A stretch of DNA of 64,000 bases. It comes from Chlorokybus atmophyticus. Taxonomy: Eukaryota; Plantae; Mesostigma and Chlorokybus algae. This document shows positions 26,946 through 38,488 of this stretch, piece after piece (position 1 is the stretch's first letter; every line of letters starts with the position of its first letter). The stretch lies in assembly GCA_009103225.1 (NCBI GenBank), contig RHPI01003009.1, positions 86,091-150,090 on the forward strand, written 5' to 3'. The notes under the pieces were generated by a model. That model did not search any database. It was not told the origin of the DNA and saw only the letters and a program-made list of their open reading frames with translations. The translations under genes were made by a program, and so were the position numbers.

Positions 26946-28199
26946 ATGGTGTACTACTTCGTCCCCCGTCGGGGGGCTGCCGAGGAGGAGTCCGGCGGCG
27001 ACGCTGGCAAGGATCGCAGCGTCTACATGGGCGTCGACAAGCACGAGAACGAGGAGCTGATCAGGTGGGGTATGCCCGAGGACGTCTGGTTCCACGTGGA
27101 CAAGCTCAGCTCGGCCCACGTGTACCTGCGCCTGGCCAAGGGAGAGACCATCGAAGACATACCCGCAGAGACGCTGGAGGACTGCGCGCAGCTGGTCAAG
27201 GCAAACTCCATACAGGGGAACAAGATCAACAATGTGGATGTTGTGTACACGCCGTGGGCGAACCTGAAGAAGACGGCGTCAATGGAGGTTGGACAGGTCG
27301 GCTTCCACAGCCAAAAACAGGTGTGTGCCGTGCTTCACACTTTGCATACGTTGCTATTGTGATTATGTTTGCTTGTAGTGTGTTTACTTGCCTTGAAAAA
27401 GTTGACCTAGGTCTCATTGCCACCATTGACTGGGCTTTGTGGGTGATTGGAATGCTTCGGCACACAGTTCAGGGCAAGCACAATATAGCTGTACTGCAAC
27501 ACTGCATTACCTCTCTCACTCAGCAAAGCAGCAATCAGCACTGTATTCGTATGTTCGTATACATGGATTTGTATGAACTAGGATGCTGCATGCAGTCGTG
27601 TGTGTGCATTGCTACACCAATTGAATAAGAAAGGACGTGTTGTGGAGCAATGCTAGAGAGCACGTGCTTTTGAAGGTGAAGACTATTCGGGTAGAAAAGC
27701 GAAGCAACGAGATCATCAATCGATTGAACAAAACAAAGACGGAGAGGCACCCAGATTTTGCAGGTAACAGTTTTTCGCATTTTTTGTGTATAATGCTTGT
27801 GCGCCACTACCCAATATGAGTATGTTGTGTATACCCCACGATATGTTGTGTTGTGCTCATTACAGCTGAGCGAGAAGCATACAACCAAACCGAGAAGTCT
27901 CGACGAAAGGCCGAAGAGAGATCAAAGGTGCACAGAAGTTGCTTACATACACATCACATAAACAGCGGACATACTTGCTTTGTTGTTCTCAAGTGGTGTT
28001 GCGTGTTCTCACAATATGCTGCCTGATTTGTGTTGAGCAGAAGCGCGTGGAGCAGGAGGCCCTCTTGGCCAAGCGTGAGCAGGAGGAGCTTCACAGCTAC
28101 AAGAACCTCATGACGGGGTCCAACATGAAGACCAACAAGGAGCTCATGGAAGAGAACCAGGGGAAGAGTGTGACGGAGATTGAAGAGGACTTCATGTGA
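26946..28199 (+). CDS. CCDC25: Coiled-coil domain-containing protein 25 (NFACT-R domain)
   Basis: MVYYF..., [73 protein letters not shown], and C-terminus EEDFM*. Confidence 0.95.
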
Positions 28200-28880
28200 G
28201 AACAAGGAGGAGAAAAGATTTTGCAGCTGTTTGTGCAGCAATTGAGTGAAGAAGTAGTTAGCTTGCGTGGGTATAACTACTTGTTGTATGGGCGCTTGCT
28301 GGAAGTGCCCTTCTCTAGTTTTGAAGCACACTAGTGTTGTAGTAGTCGGACGGGGCCAGCTGCCTTATATTGGGCAGATGAATGTTGTTCCAAAGGTTTA
28401 GGAATTGGTACTTTCACTGTAAGGTTGTCCTTTTTGGTATAGGTTTGCAACCAGGAGGCGCGTGTTTGCGTGCGTGTGTCTGTGCGTGTGTGTGTGTCTG
28501 TGGGTATGTGTACATGCGCGTGTGTCAGCGCCCGTGGGCATGTAAGGGCAAACAAGTGTGCGTGTGCGTGCGTATGTGTGCGTGTTGTGTTGGTGTACCA
28601 TCTATCCCATTCAATATGTTTTCTCAACAAGTAGCACTGGCATCCTCAGTAGTATGTGTTGGGGCAACTAATGCACGTAGTGCAGCAAGCACTTCTGTCA
28701 CATGAAGAAGCATTCTGCCGCAGTGTGTTGTAACACATGCTGCTACCTGTGCCGATGTCGTGTGATATATGTCGCAGTGAGTGAGTGGCATGTTCAAATG
28801 ATAATTTGCGCACAATCAAGCATTCACACACGCCACATTGCCACACGCAACGCACGCAATATGCGCACGCAACATCTGCA

Positions 28881-31800
28881 TCAATGATATGGAGACCGTG
28901 ACGTCCTTCTACGCGCACTCGAGGCCCTTGAGCGCGGCATCCCAACGATAGACTCTCTCTCACCATCAAGCACACTCGCCCCGAAGGCCGCAACACTGGG
29001 ACTGTTGCTTCTACTCGACGTGGACTTGTTGCTGTCGGGACTATCTCTCCTGAAGTGAGCTCTGCTGACAAAGTGGTTGTTGTTGCTGTTGATGTGGTTA
29101 ATGTGTGTGGTGGTGCTGCTGCTGCTGTTATGGTTCGAGCTGTTGTTGTCGTGCGCTACGCTCTTGGACCTCAGAAGCTTTCGAGCCCTCGCCTTCAGCT
29201 CCTACCGTGTGTTGATAGTCAACAACAACAACAACAACAACGACGACGACGACAACAACAACAACAACAACGACGACGATAGACAATAGCTCTCACTTCT
29301 CGTGTGAGCACTTGGTCGTCCTGATCCTCATCAGCGACGCCGTTGAGGCTCTTGATGATGTCAAAGGTGGTGTCGTGCAGGTAGTCGCTGTCTTCGCTGT
29401 CAATGTCACCATCTTCAAAGTCATCGTGGCTATAAACTCGCGCAGTGTTGGGTACGGATTGCGAAGCTGCCGCCTCAAATGCCTACAACATTTGTTAAGT
29501 AAGCAATAAAGCCAGGTGTGAGACAAAAAAAGAGCGTAACATCACGCACGCACACATGCGCACATGTGTACACAGGCACTCATATGCATACGCATGTGCA
29601 CGTTTGAGCGCGAGCACACACACACACACACAGTGCGCACGAATCACTCACAAGTGATGTTCTTCTCTGGTTCGCATGCTTCGGCCGATCCGTAGCCGAC
29701 CCGCTCCGCATCAGTATCGGCACGCGCACGTTGTGTTCGGGCGTCTTCACCATGCGATAGTCCAAGTCGATGGGCGGCCCGAGCGTCATCGATATCGACA
29801 TTATTGGTGGCGATATCGGCGCCGGGCGCAGCTTGAGAGGCTTGGACAAGGCCTTTAGAACAGGTGACGTGTTGTGATTGTTGTTGTTGTTGATAATGTT
29901 GAAGTCTATGTCGCCGATGTTGCTACTACTCGCAATCTCAACCACCTGATGTTGTGTTTGTGTGTTGCTTCTCGCCTGTTCCAACTGAGAAGACAAACCC
30001 ATCGACCACGTGCGCGACAACGATATCGACGCCGCATCATTATCCTTCTCCCGCTTGTCCTTATCCACAACAGCGATATCCTTAGCATCGCTCCCCGCAG
30101 CCGCAGCGATATCCGACGCAAGTATCGGCTGACTCGGCGTCCTCGCAAGAAGTCCTTTCTTCGGCGCGTTCGCACGCAAGACCAACATGTTGGGTCCCGG
30201 TCCCGGACCCGGTCCCGAAACCGGACTGAGTGTGGATCCTGGACCCAGTTTCGTGGGAGGAAGCAGCGGGTCCTGAGACTTGTTGGGTTGGGGTTGTGTT
30301 GGGAAGTGTCGAGCGATCCACGCGAGGAGAGGACGCATGTGGAGCTCGATGTCGGTGATCTGAGCGTTGATGCGGTCGATGGAGGACTCGTTGAACGGGT
30401 CGAACGCCGGAGGGCCAACCTGCAGGGTTGTTTTCTCACAAGATACCTAATGCGAGGACGTAAAGATGTGTAGTTTTTCTCTGGGTACGGGTATGTATGA
30501 ATACAGTGACAAGGAGCACATGCAGAACAGGGTGTGCGCGAGTATGTGTGAGTACATGTACATGCAAGTATCTGTGTGTGCATATGTGCGTGCATACCAA
30601 GTTGTGTGTGTTCGTGCATGCGCATGTGTGCATGTTCTTGTGTGCATTCACTTGTCAGTAGGGACGCATGCGTACATGTAGACACGTAGCTATGCATGCG
30701 CATATGCTCGGATGTGTGCGGTTGACCACAACCAACTGTGTACAACCTTGCAGGTTGGCTTCACCTGCCTTTTGCAGACTGCTCTCAAACACATCACATG
30801 CATGCGAGCCCACATTGACAGGAACCTCACCTCCGCAATCGCGTTGTTGGCATTCCCCCTCGCATTCCTTGACGCCGGCGCTCCTCCTTCCCCCGTCCTC
30901 AGCAAGCTCTCCCTTCGTGGCGTGCCCGCCCCCGCGTTGGGAGCCGTCGTCGTCATCGGCGTGGACGGCACGGACGTGAGCGTGGGGCGACGGAGGGTGC
31001 GGGTGCCGGAGGAGAAGGGAGATTGGGGGGAGGCGGCGGAGGAGGAGGAGGAAGGGAGGGGGGGGACGGTGACGGTGCCGTCTAGCAACACGTCTGGGGA
31101 GAGGGGGGGGTGTGGGTCAACTTGTGTGGACATTGCGTGCGTATGTGCGTGTATTGCGTGTATGTGCGTGCGTGTGCAGTACGCGCTTGCCCATGCACAA
31201 GGAGATAGGCACGCATGCATGCACGCATGCACGCACGCGAGCACACAAGTACATGCCCGCGCGAATCTGTCCACACGCAGACAAACACACGGCTGCGTGT
31301 GCGCGCACGCAAAAGCACAGTCGTGTGGCAGGCATGAACGTACGCACGCAAACACACACACATGTCTCCGTGCACAACCCTACAGTAACCACCATCCTCA
31401 CCCGGTATGCGGTTCGCGACGCCTGCGAGCGCCGCGACCGCCGTCCCGCTCCGTCTCGCGCTCTCCCGCACCCCCACCACCGCGCGCTCCAGTCGACGCT
31501 CCGCCGCGGAGAGGCGCTCCGTCGAGGCGTCGAACGCGCGGGAGGTGCCGGACGCCTGGCACACGGACACGCATGGGAGGTCTTGCATTGAGCCACTGCT
31601 CGCAACGAGGGTTGCGAGCAGACAGTTTTGGCATATATGTGACACATGGCATGGGAGTGAGTTGCACACACGCACGTCATACACCGCCCACGCTAGTACA
31701 CACCCAACCCCTTCCACAACACGCGCACTCACGTACCCTCACGCACACACACATACGTACACGCGGGTCCACGTGTAGCTGCCTGCTCAGATACACGCAT

Positions 31801-34800
31801 ACACCCACGCACACGCGCACACGCACACGCACACGCACACGCACACGCACACGCACACGCACGCACACACGCACGCGCACGCCCACCCACCCACTCCCCC
31901 ATCCACTCCCCCACCCACCCATCCCCACCCACCCCTNTCACCTGGAACTTTATCTCCGCAAGCTGTCTCCCCCACTCCCCCCTCTCCCCCTTCAGCCTCT
32001 CCATCTTGATCTCGGTCTCGACGATCTGCGCCCTCAGCCGCGCCCGCTGCTCCTCCTTGGTCACGAAGAAGCTGACGATGGCGTCCAGGTCGCTCGTGCC
32101 GGCGACGAGGGCGAGCTGCTGGAACATGTCGGCGAGACGGGAGGCGTAATCCTGAGGAGGAGAGACACACCACAACGGGGATGAGTGCGACAAGGTGATG
32201 GACAAAACAATAGCAGCAACGACGACGACGACGACGACGAGAACTTTTACAACAATAGTAACAATGGTCATGAAGTTAGTGTTGTTGTTGTTGTTGCGAC
32301 AGTGCACCTGTGAGAGAGCTTTCAGGATCTTGGCTTCGGTCGCGACGCGTTTGGAGTCTGCCTGCTTCTTCTTCTCCGCCTGTTGGCAGGCAAGAGACAA
32401 TCAAGTCGCTGCAAGAAGTGTATACAAGTTGACACACGCACGTTCATACATACACATGTGCATGTAGTCACGCACGGTACCTGCAGGATGTTTTTGTTGA
32501 GCTCTTCCAGGATTTTGGTCCGGGCAGCCTCCCGCTGCTCGTAACCTGAGAGCACACTCCATTCCTGCCTGCAACAAGAGGAAGAACGCTGTCACACAGG
32601 CATAGACGCGCACACACGCACACACGTGCACGCTTGCGCGCGGCACGCAGCAGTGCACGCTTGCGCGCACGAACATGCACATACACGCGCATATGTGCAC
32701 CCACACCCAAACACCAACAACGACAACAACTCATACTGTTGCAGGTCTCGCAGCTTGGCTATCTCCGCCTCCCACGCCTCGCGCATGACTCCGTAGTCCC
32801 ACCGCCACGTGTCGAGCTGGTCCTCCGCGTGGCGCTGACCCTCGCGCGCGCTCGCGCACTTGGCTTCGAGACCAACCATCACCTGCGCGCACGTGTCAGG
32901 TTGTGTAATAAATGTGTGTATGTGCATGTGCATGTAGTTGATAGGTCTGGAGGTGCGTGTACGGGTACAGAGAAGCATGCAAATGCATGTGGGTGCATCT
33001 GCGCTAGTTAGTTGTGCGCTTGTGCATGCATATGCATGTGGTGACGACTGCACAAGCGCAGACACGTGAATACACACGTCTGTGTATGTGTATCAACACG
33101 TGCTCGAAAGCGCGTAAAGGTCGTCGCGCACGCTTGTGCGCAACCGAGAGTAAGGATACTCATGCCCACACGCTGACACAATACCAAAACGTACACTTAT
33201 ACCCGTATTCGCGCACGCACACGCACATGCGGTGTGTGCATGTTCGTGTACATAGTCATACACGAAGGTACCTATGCTCATGCGAGCGCGCGCGCGTGTG
33301 TGCGTGTGTGCATGTGCGCGTGCGCGTGTGTGCGTGCGCGCGCGCGTGCGTGTCTGCATGCGGACGCGTGCGCGCATGCACTTGCGCACCCGCGTGCGTG
33401 TACATACTCCCCACCTGTCCCGCCGCGTCGCACTCCGCCCTCATCCCCCCGCACCCGCTCCTCACCCTCTCCACCTCTTCCCTCATCCGGTCCCTGACGT
33501 GTCGGTAGCTCCTGGTCGTCAGCGCCGCGCGCTCCGCGTCCTGCTGCGCTCTCTCCAAACAGCGCTGGGCCTCCGCGGTCGCGAGAGATGATGTGGATAA
33601 AGCGGAAGAGGCGCCGGTGTAGACGCCCAACTCCTCGCGGGAGAGGAAGAGAAGGCGCTCCTTGGACTCGACCTGTGGAGATCCGAGGTGTGAGTGTGCG
33701 GGTGCGCGGCGCATGGATACGTGTGTTAACTTGCGTGCACGCACACGCATCTGTTTCTCTGCGACTGGCCGTGTGCGCGACCGCGCGCATACGTGTGCGT
33801 GCACGCATGCGCACGTGCACATGTGCATCGTGGACACGCAGGCATCTACACTTGCGCGCACGTGGCAAAAGAAGTTGCACGCAAGCACACACACACACAC
33901 ACACCTCCGCCCTCAGCGCGTTCCACCGTCCCTGCAGCCTCATCCCGGTGTCTCTGGCGGCCCTCTCCGCGGCGGCGGCGGCGCGGCCGGGGCGGGCGGG
34001 GGAGGAGGGGGGGAGGGGGAGGCCCACCAGGGGAGTCACGGCGGCGGAAGAGGAGGAGGAGGGGCCTGCGNTGGATACATGTGTAGTTCAACTTTTGGGT
34101 GTGCATAAGTACATGTTGCACTTCTACCAATTGTGTCCATGTATGCCAATTGGCTATGTCCATGTTAGTTTCTGTGGTGTACTAGAAGCACTTGTTGACG
34201 TTGATAACGGTGGACGACAATGATGGCGCGTGTGCGTGATTATGAGTATTTGTTCGTGTGCATGCGCCTGCGCACTCACGTGTGTATGTCTGTGTGTGCT
34301 TACTTGTGCACACTTGTACAGTTACGTCGCAGCTGTCAGTGTACATGTGTGCAACACCTGATGTGTTGCACACATGTACACTGCGTGCATGTGCTGAGAT
34401 GTGTAGCCATAAGCAACTATCCTTTTCTTTATACGGAAAGAAAGGGAAGGGGGGACAGGGTGAGTGTGAGACATGTGCGCGTGACACGCGAATTGTACCC
34501 GCAGTTACCCACAGTTGTGCAGGTTTGGGTATACGTGAGAGTTTGAAGATGCGGCGTTAGCTTAACTGCCAGTGGGCGTGTAAACCTACACACTCGTCAT
34601 CACACTCCAGACACACCGGACTAACAATCAAGCTGCGGTACTTGCCAGCCATGCGTGCAATCGCACTCCAAGTCGCAATCTGCAATCACACACTATCACA
34701 CTTGCAATCCAGGGAAAACGCACACGCACACGCACACGCACACTCAATCGTGATCACTCCCTCTCGCGCTTTGACATGAACACCCCTACTCAACTTCACA

Positions 34801-35503
34801 CTGACACCCACTTGCATGCCACATGTACACCGCGCACACGCACGACCCTTAACTGTAGTGAGACACACAGACACTAACTAACTACCTACCTTTCTGGTGC
34901 GCCCCGCACTCCCAGTGCCCCTTCCTCATCATCAGCATCATCGTCCCCGTCCCCGTCGCGCTGCGTCCCGACAGCGGACGGATCGCCTCCAAGTACGCGT
35001 CCAGATCCGATGCGACGTTGTTGTGCGCGTCACCGTTGTTATCGTACTCCAAGGCACCGGGCGGAAGAGTGTGCCTGCGGCCCTTCTCACCAGGCGGATT
35101 GGGACCTGTAGAGCGTTGTTGGGGTGGGGGTGGGGGTGGGGGTGGGGGGTGATGTGTCATGATGATGATGTTGGGGGTGCGTGCGTACGTGGGGTGTAGC
35201 TTGTGGAGGGGCGGTTGGGGACGAGGGGCTCGCGATGAGACAGGAAGCCTGTTGTGTGACACATTGTGTATGTGCAACACGTGCGTGCACACGCACACGC
35301 ACACACACGATCAGTGGTATTATCTCACGCAGAGAGACATAGCACCACCGTTGGCAGTGCATCTCTGCCGACCGTGACTGTTACCAACGCTGCCCCAACT
35401 GACCTGCAGCGTGCGTGTGGTCGTCATCGATGCCGTTCTCGTTCTCATCGTCGTCGTCCTCGCCCTCCTCGGCGTTGGCGCGGGCGCTTCTGGTGCTGAT
35501 CAT
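28881..35503 (-). CDS. Long coiled-coil protein resembling outer dynein arm docking complex family (CCDC151/CCDC114-like)
   Basis: About 13 exons, including FQQLALVAGTSDLDAIVSFFVTKEEQRARLRAQIVETEIKMERLKGERGEWGRQLAEIKF and an acidic patch followed by VLTRE|ELKARARKLL. Family assignment is from recalled similarity; some exon boundaries and the start are uncertain. Confidence 0.6.
29219..29279. repeat. (AAC)n/(GAC)n trinucleotide repeat in an intron
   Basis: Direct reading of the sequence. Confidence 0.85.
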
Positions 35504-36428
35504 CTTGAGGTTGATTGATCATCCAACAGTGACACTGATGATGATGATGCTAGTGTCATGCTGGTAGTGTCACTTCAACCTCCCTGACCTGTGGCCAGCA
35601 TAGCAAGCGTATTGATATGCAAATGGTTTGATCAACGTGTTAGGTCAAGAACCAACAATTTAAAACGCCCACAAGCTGCTGCAAAAGAAGAAAGGAATCT
35701 GGCATGAAAATGAATTGTTCTCAAGAAGGTGACAGCGCTCATCAGCGTGCAGAGTGTCTTCGCTTGTGTATCACAGTCACGCAAAAGTCATGACAAATAT
35801 GTGCATTGCACCACATAGAGTTCCGCCAACAGGATAACCACTTGTGCCAAAAGTTTTCTTGTGCCAAAAGCTTTTTACGAATAATACACTATAAATACCT
35901 ACTTACAAAGGCCCTGAACTACTGAACATTGGATGTGCCCAGATCAACGACTATACGTCTCCTCCAACTCCTTTCCAAGCATCAGTTCAGTGACACAACA
36001 GTACCTCAAATGTGCGGCCATAAGACTGCGCATCCAGCCAGCAGCAGCACCACCATGTGCTGTAGTGCGCTCCGTCACCACACTTGCTGCACATTCACCT
36101 CAATGTGGGTCAGTGTTGGAGACTCTGTGTACAAGTAAGACATCTAAACAAGGCAATCTATTCAAGCTGATCTGAAAAACTTTCAGTTGTGTGCAATCGA
36201 GCCGCCGCCGCCGCCTGCACAACGCCAGTGCAGTGCACATTGCCTTGTGATTACTTGTCGCTCTCTGCTTTTGGGTGTTGGCAGAGCCGGGTTGACCGAC
36301 TCGGACTGATTTTGGGTTTGCCTGAACCCGGTCGAGTTGTTTGACACAGAACTAACGTTAGCTGTCGCCGCGGTGGCAGCATTGACGGCATTGGCGGTCT
36401 GGTCGCTGGCGGCGGCGGCGGTGGCGGT

Positions 36429-37430
36429 ATGGTGTCTGCAGGCGCCATGGCTGGCTGCACGGTGGTATGCCTGAGGGCGCCGTCGCCGCTGCTTTCTGCA
36501 GCGGCGCCGGCGCCAGTCACGCCAATGCGACGGTGAGAGTGCTTTGTCTGACACTGTTGTGGCCAGGTTTGGCCTGGCCGAGTTAGTGCATTGAGTTGCA
36601 GTAAGCAAGGATTAAACACAGGAGAAGAGAAAGGAAAGAGGGAAGTAAGGGTGCAGATAGTGAGAGGCAGATAAACACAGAGATAGAGAGCTGACTGGAG
36701 TTAGGGAGGTGATAGAAGGCAGTGGAGGGGAGGAGTTGAGTGTGAGTGGCATGGCATGTGGTGATAAGCTCCGTGTGCGCGTGTGTTTGTGTTAACGTGT
36801 TGTGTCGTGTTGTCTTCATGCAGCAGCAGGAGGATGATGGCGGTGAGGATGACGGCCGCCGCAGAGGACAGCAAGAAACGGCTAAAGCTGAAGATATCCG
36901 CTGTCGAGGTTGAGGACGAGCCCTGCCCAGTTTGCCAAGCAAAGAAGGTGATAAACATTTGGCACACAAGTCACAACCAACACAGCTGGTACATACAACC
37001 CAACACAGCACCAAACAACACATTTGCGCTACGAACAGTGTGTCATGTGCGCATAGATACTTGTCCCAGCGCATCACTGGACTTGTTGGCTGCACAGAAG
37101 CATGTAGACAACATGTTGGTGTTTATCCGACACGCACGTACTCACTCATAATCATTGCCTACAAACATATGAAGTTCATATATGATATTTTTGCATTACT
37201 TGCTAGTGGCTACTGTCGGTCTCATATGTTATCAAGCAGTAAACATGTGCACATGTAGACATTGTTATTTCCACGTTCAGGCGGTGACGTGCGAGACGTG
37301 TTCGGGTTCGGGTATGTACCGCGAGCCGTGTCTTGAGGCAAAGGGCGTGCTGAAGGACGTCGAGTGCATCGACTGCGGGGGAGGCGGCACTGTGCTCTGC
37401 ATCAAGTGCGGCGGACGCGGCCATCTCTGA
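36429..37430 (+). CDS. Plastid-targeted DnaJ-type zinc-finger (CXXCXGXG) protein
   Basis: Three exons: an Ala/Ser/Arg-rich transit-peptide-like N-terminus, then CPVCQAKK|AVTCETCSGSGMY...VECIDCGGGGTVLCIKCGGRGHL*. Confidence 0.85.
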
Positions 37431-38488
37431 TAGTCTCTCTCGATTATCGGTATGGGTACATGGACTGGACCATTTGTGTAGTTCTGCTGTACATAGATAA
37501 CCTTATGAGTTCCTGGTGCTTGCTGCATGGGTGAGTATTTGTGCATGCATGCGTACACGCGAGTACGTGCATGTGCACACGCATGTGCGCACATGCAGTT
37601 GCATTTCAACAACTGGATGCGTACAGGTAATGGGGCTCATCCAGGGTACGTTGGGTGCTCTTGTTTTAACCAGTATATGCAAAGACAATGGTAGAAGCAC
37701 GCACCACATCAAGGACTACCTGCAACCACATCCTCAGTCTAAGGGCACCACACCTGGCACGCTTTGTGCAGAATGGATTGGTGTTCATGCACAAGCCAGT
37801 GCATATGGCGAAATTATTGCAACGAATGCAGTCTTGCTTGCGTATGGTTCTCGCCAAGGCAAGCAGCAGTGCCACACTTGGAAAGGTTGTGGTTGTGCTG
37901 CAACGCTTGTGTTGCCCGACAACAGCACCGTGGGACAAAGCACCCACACAGGATAAGCAGTTACATATTGCATTGCATGTGACCCGTCTGTGCAAAACCA
38001 ATCGTTGTAGGTATGGCAAGATTGTGTTGCACACTGAAATTTGCGCAACCAGCGACACTCCGACTCTTGGAACAGTTTTGACTGTTCCGAGAGCGGTGGT
38101 GACGACCATCAAACAGTTGTTTGTACCATGCTTGTGAAGGCTGGATGTGCAAGCAAACATGCAGTGGAGGCAAGTGTGGTAGGTAGCATATGTCCACGCA
38201 CTGCTTTATCATTGTTTAAGAAACGGACAAACACAAACAAAACCAGGTGTCCATACCTATCACATCACTATTACAACAACCACAGCATCTGCTGTGCTAA
38301 CACCAACAGGCAGCAGCACGTCCGCTCATTCGCAAGGCAACATATGCACACCTACTTAGGCTTGATGAATGGCCAACTGCGCTCATGGCTGTGTTGCAAA
38401 ACTGCACATTGTAATGACGTATCCCGACACGAGCGATATGCAGGCGACTGTGCATTGCAATCGCTAGGGCTCCTGATCATCGTTGTTG

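Noticed and set aside
30712-32184. 490-aa plus-strand ORF
   Set aside because: It is the antisense of GC-rich exons of the minus-strand coiled-coil gene joined by CA/GT repeats; splice signals support the minus strand.
37516-38212. Overlapping 140-165 aa ORFs on both strands
   Set aside because: No recognisable motif, no consistent splice path and no way to choose a frame.
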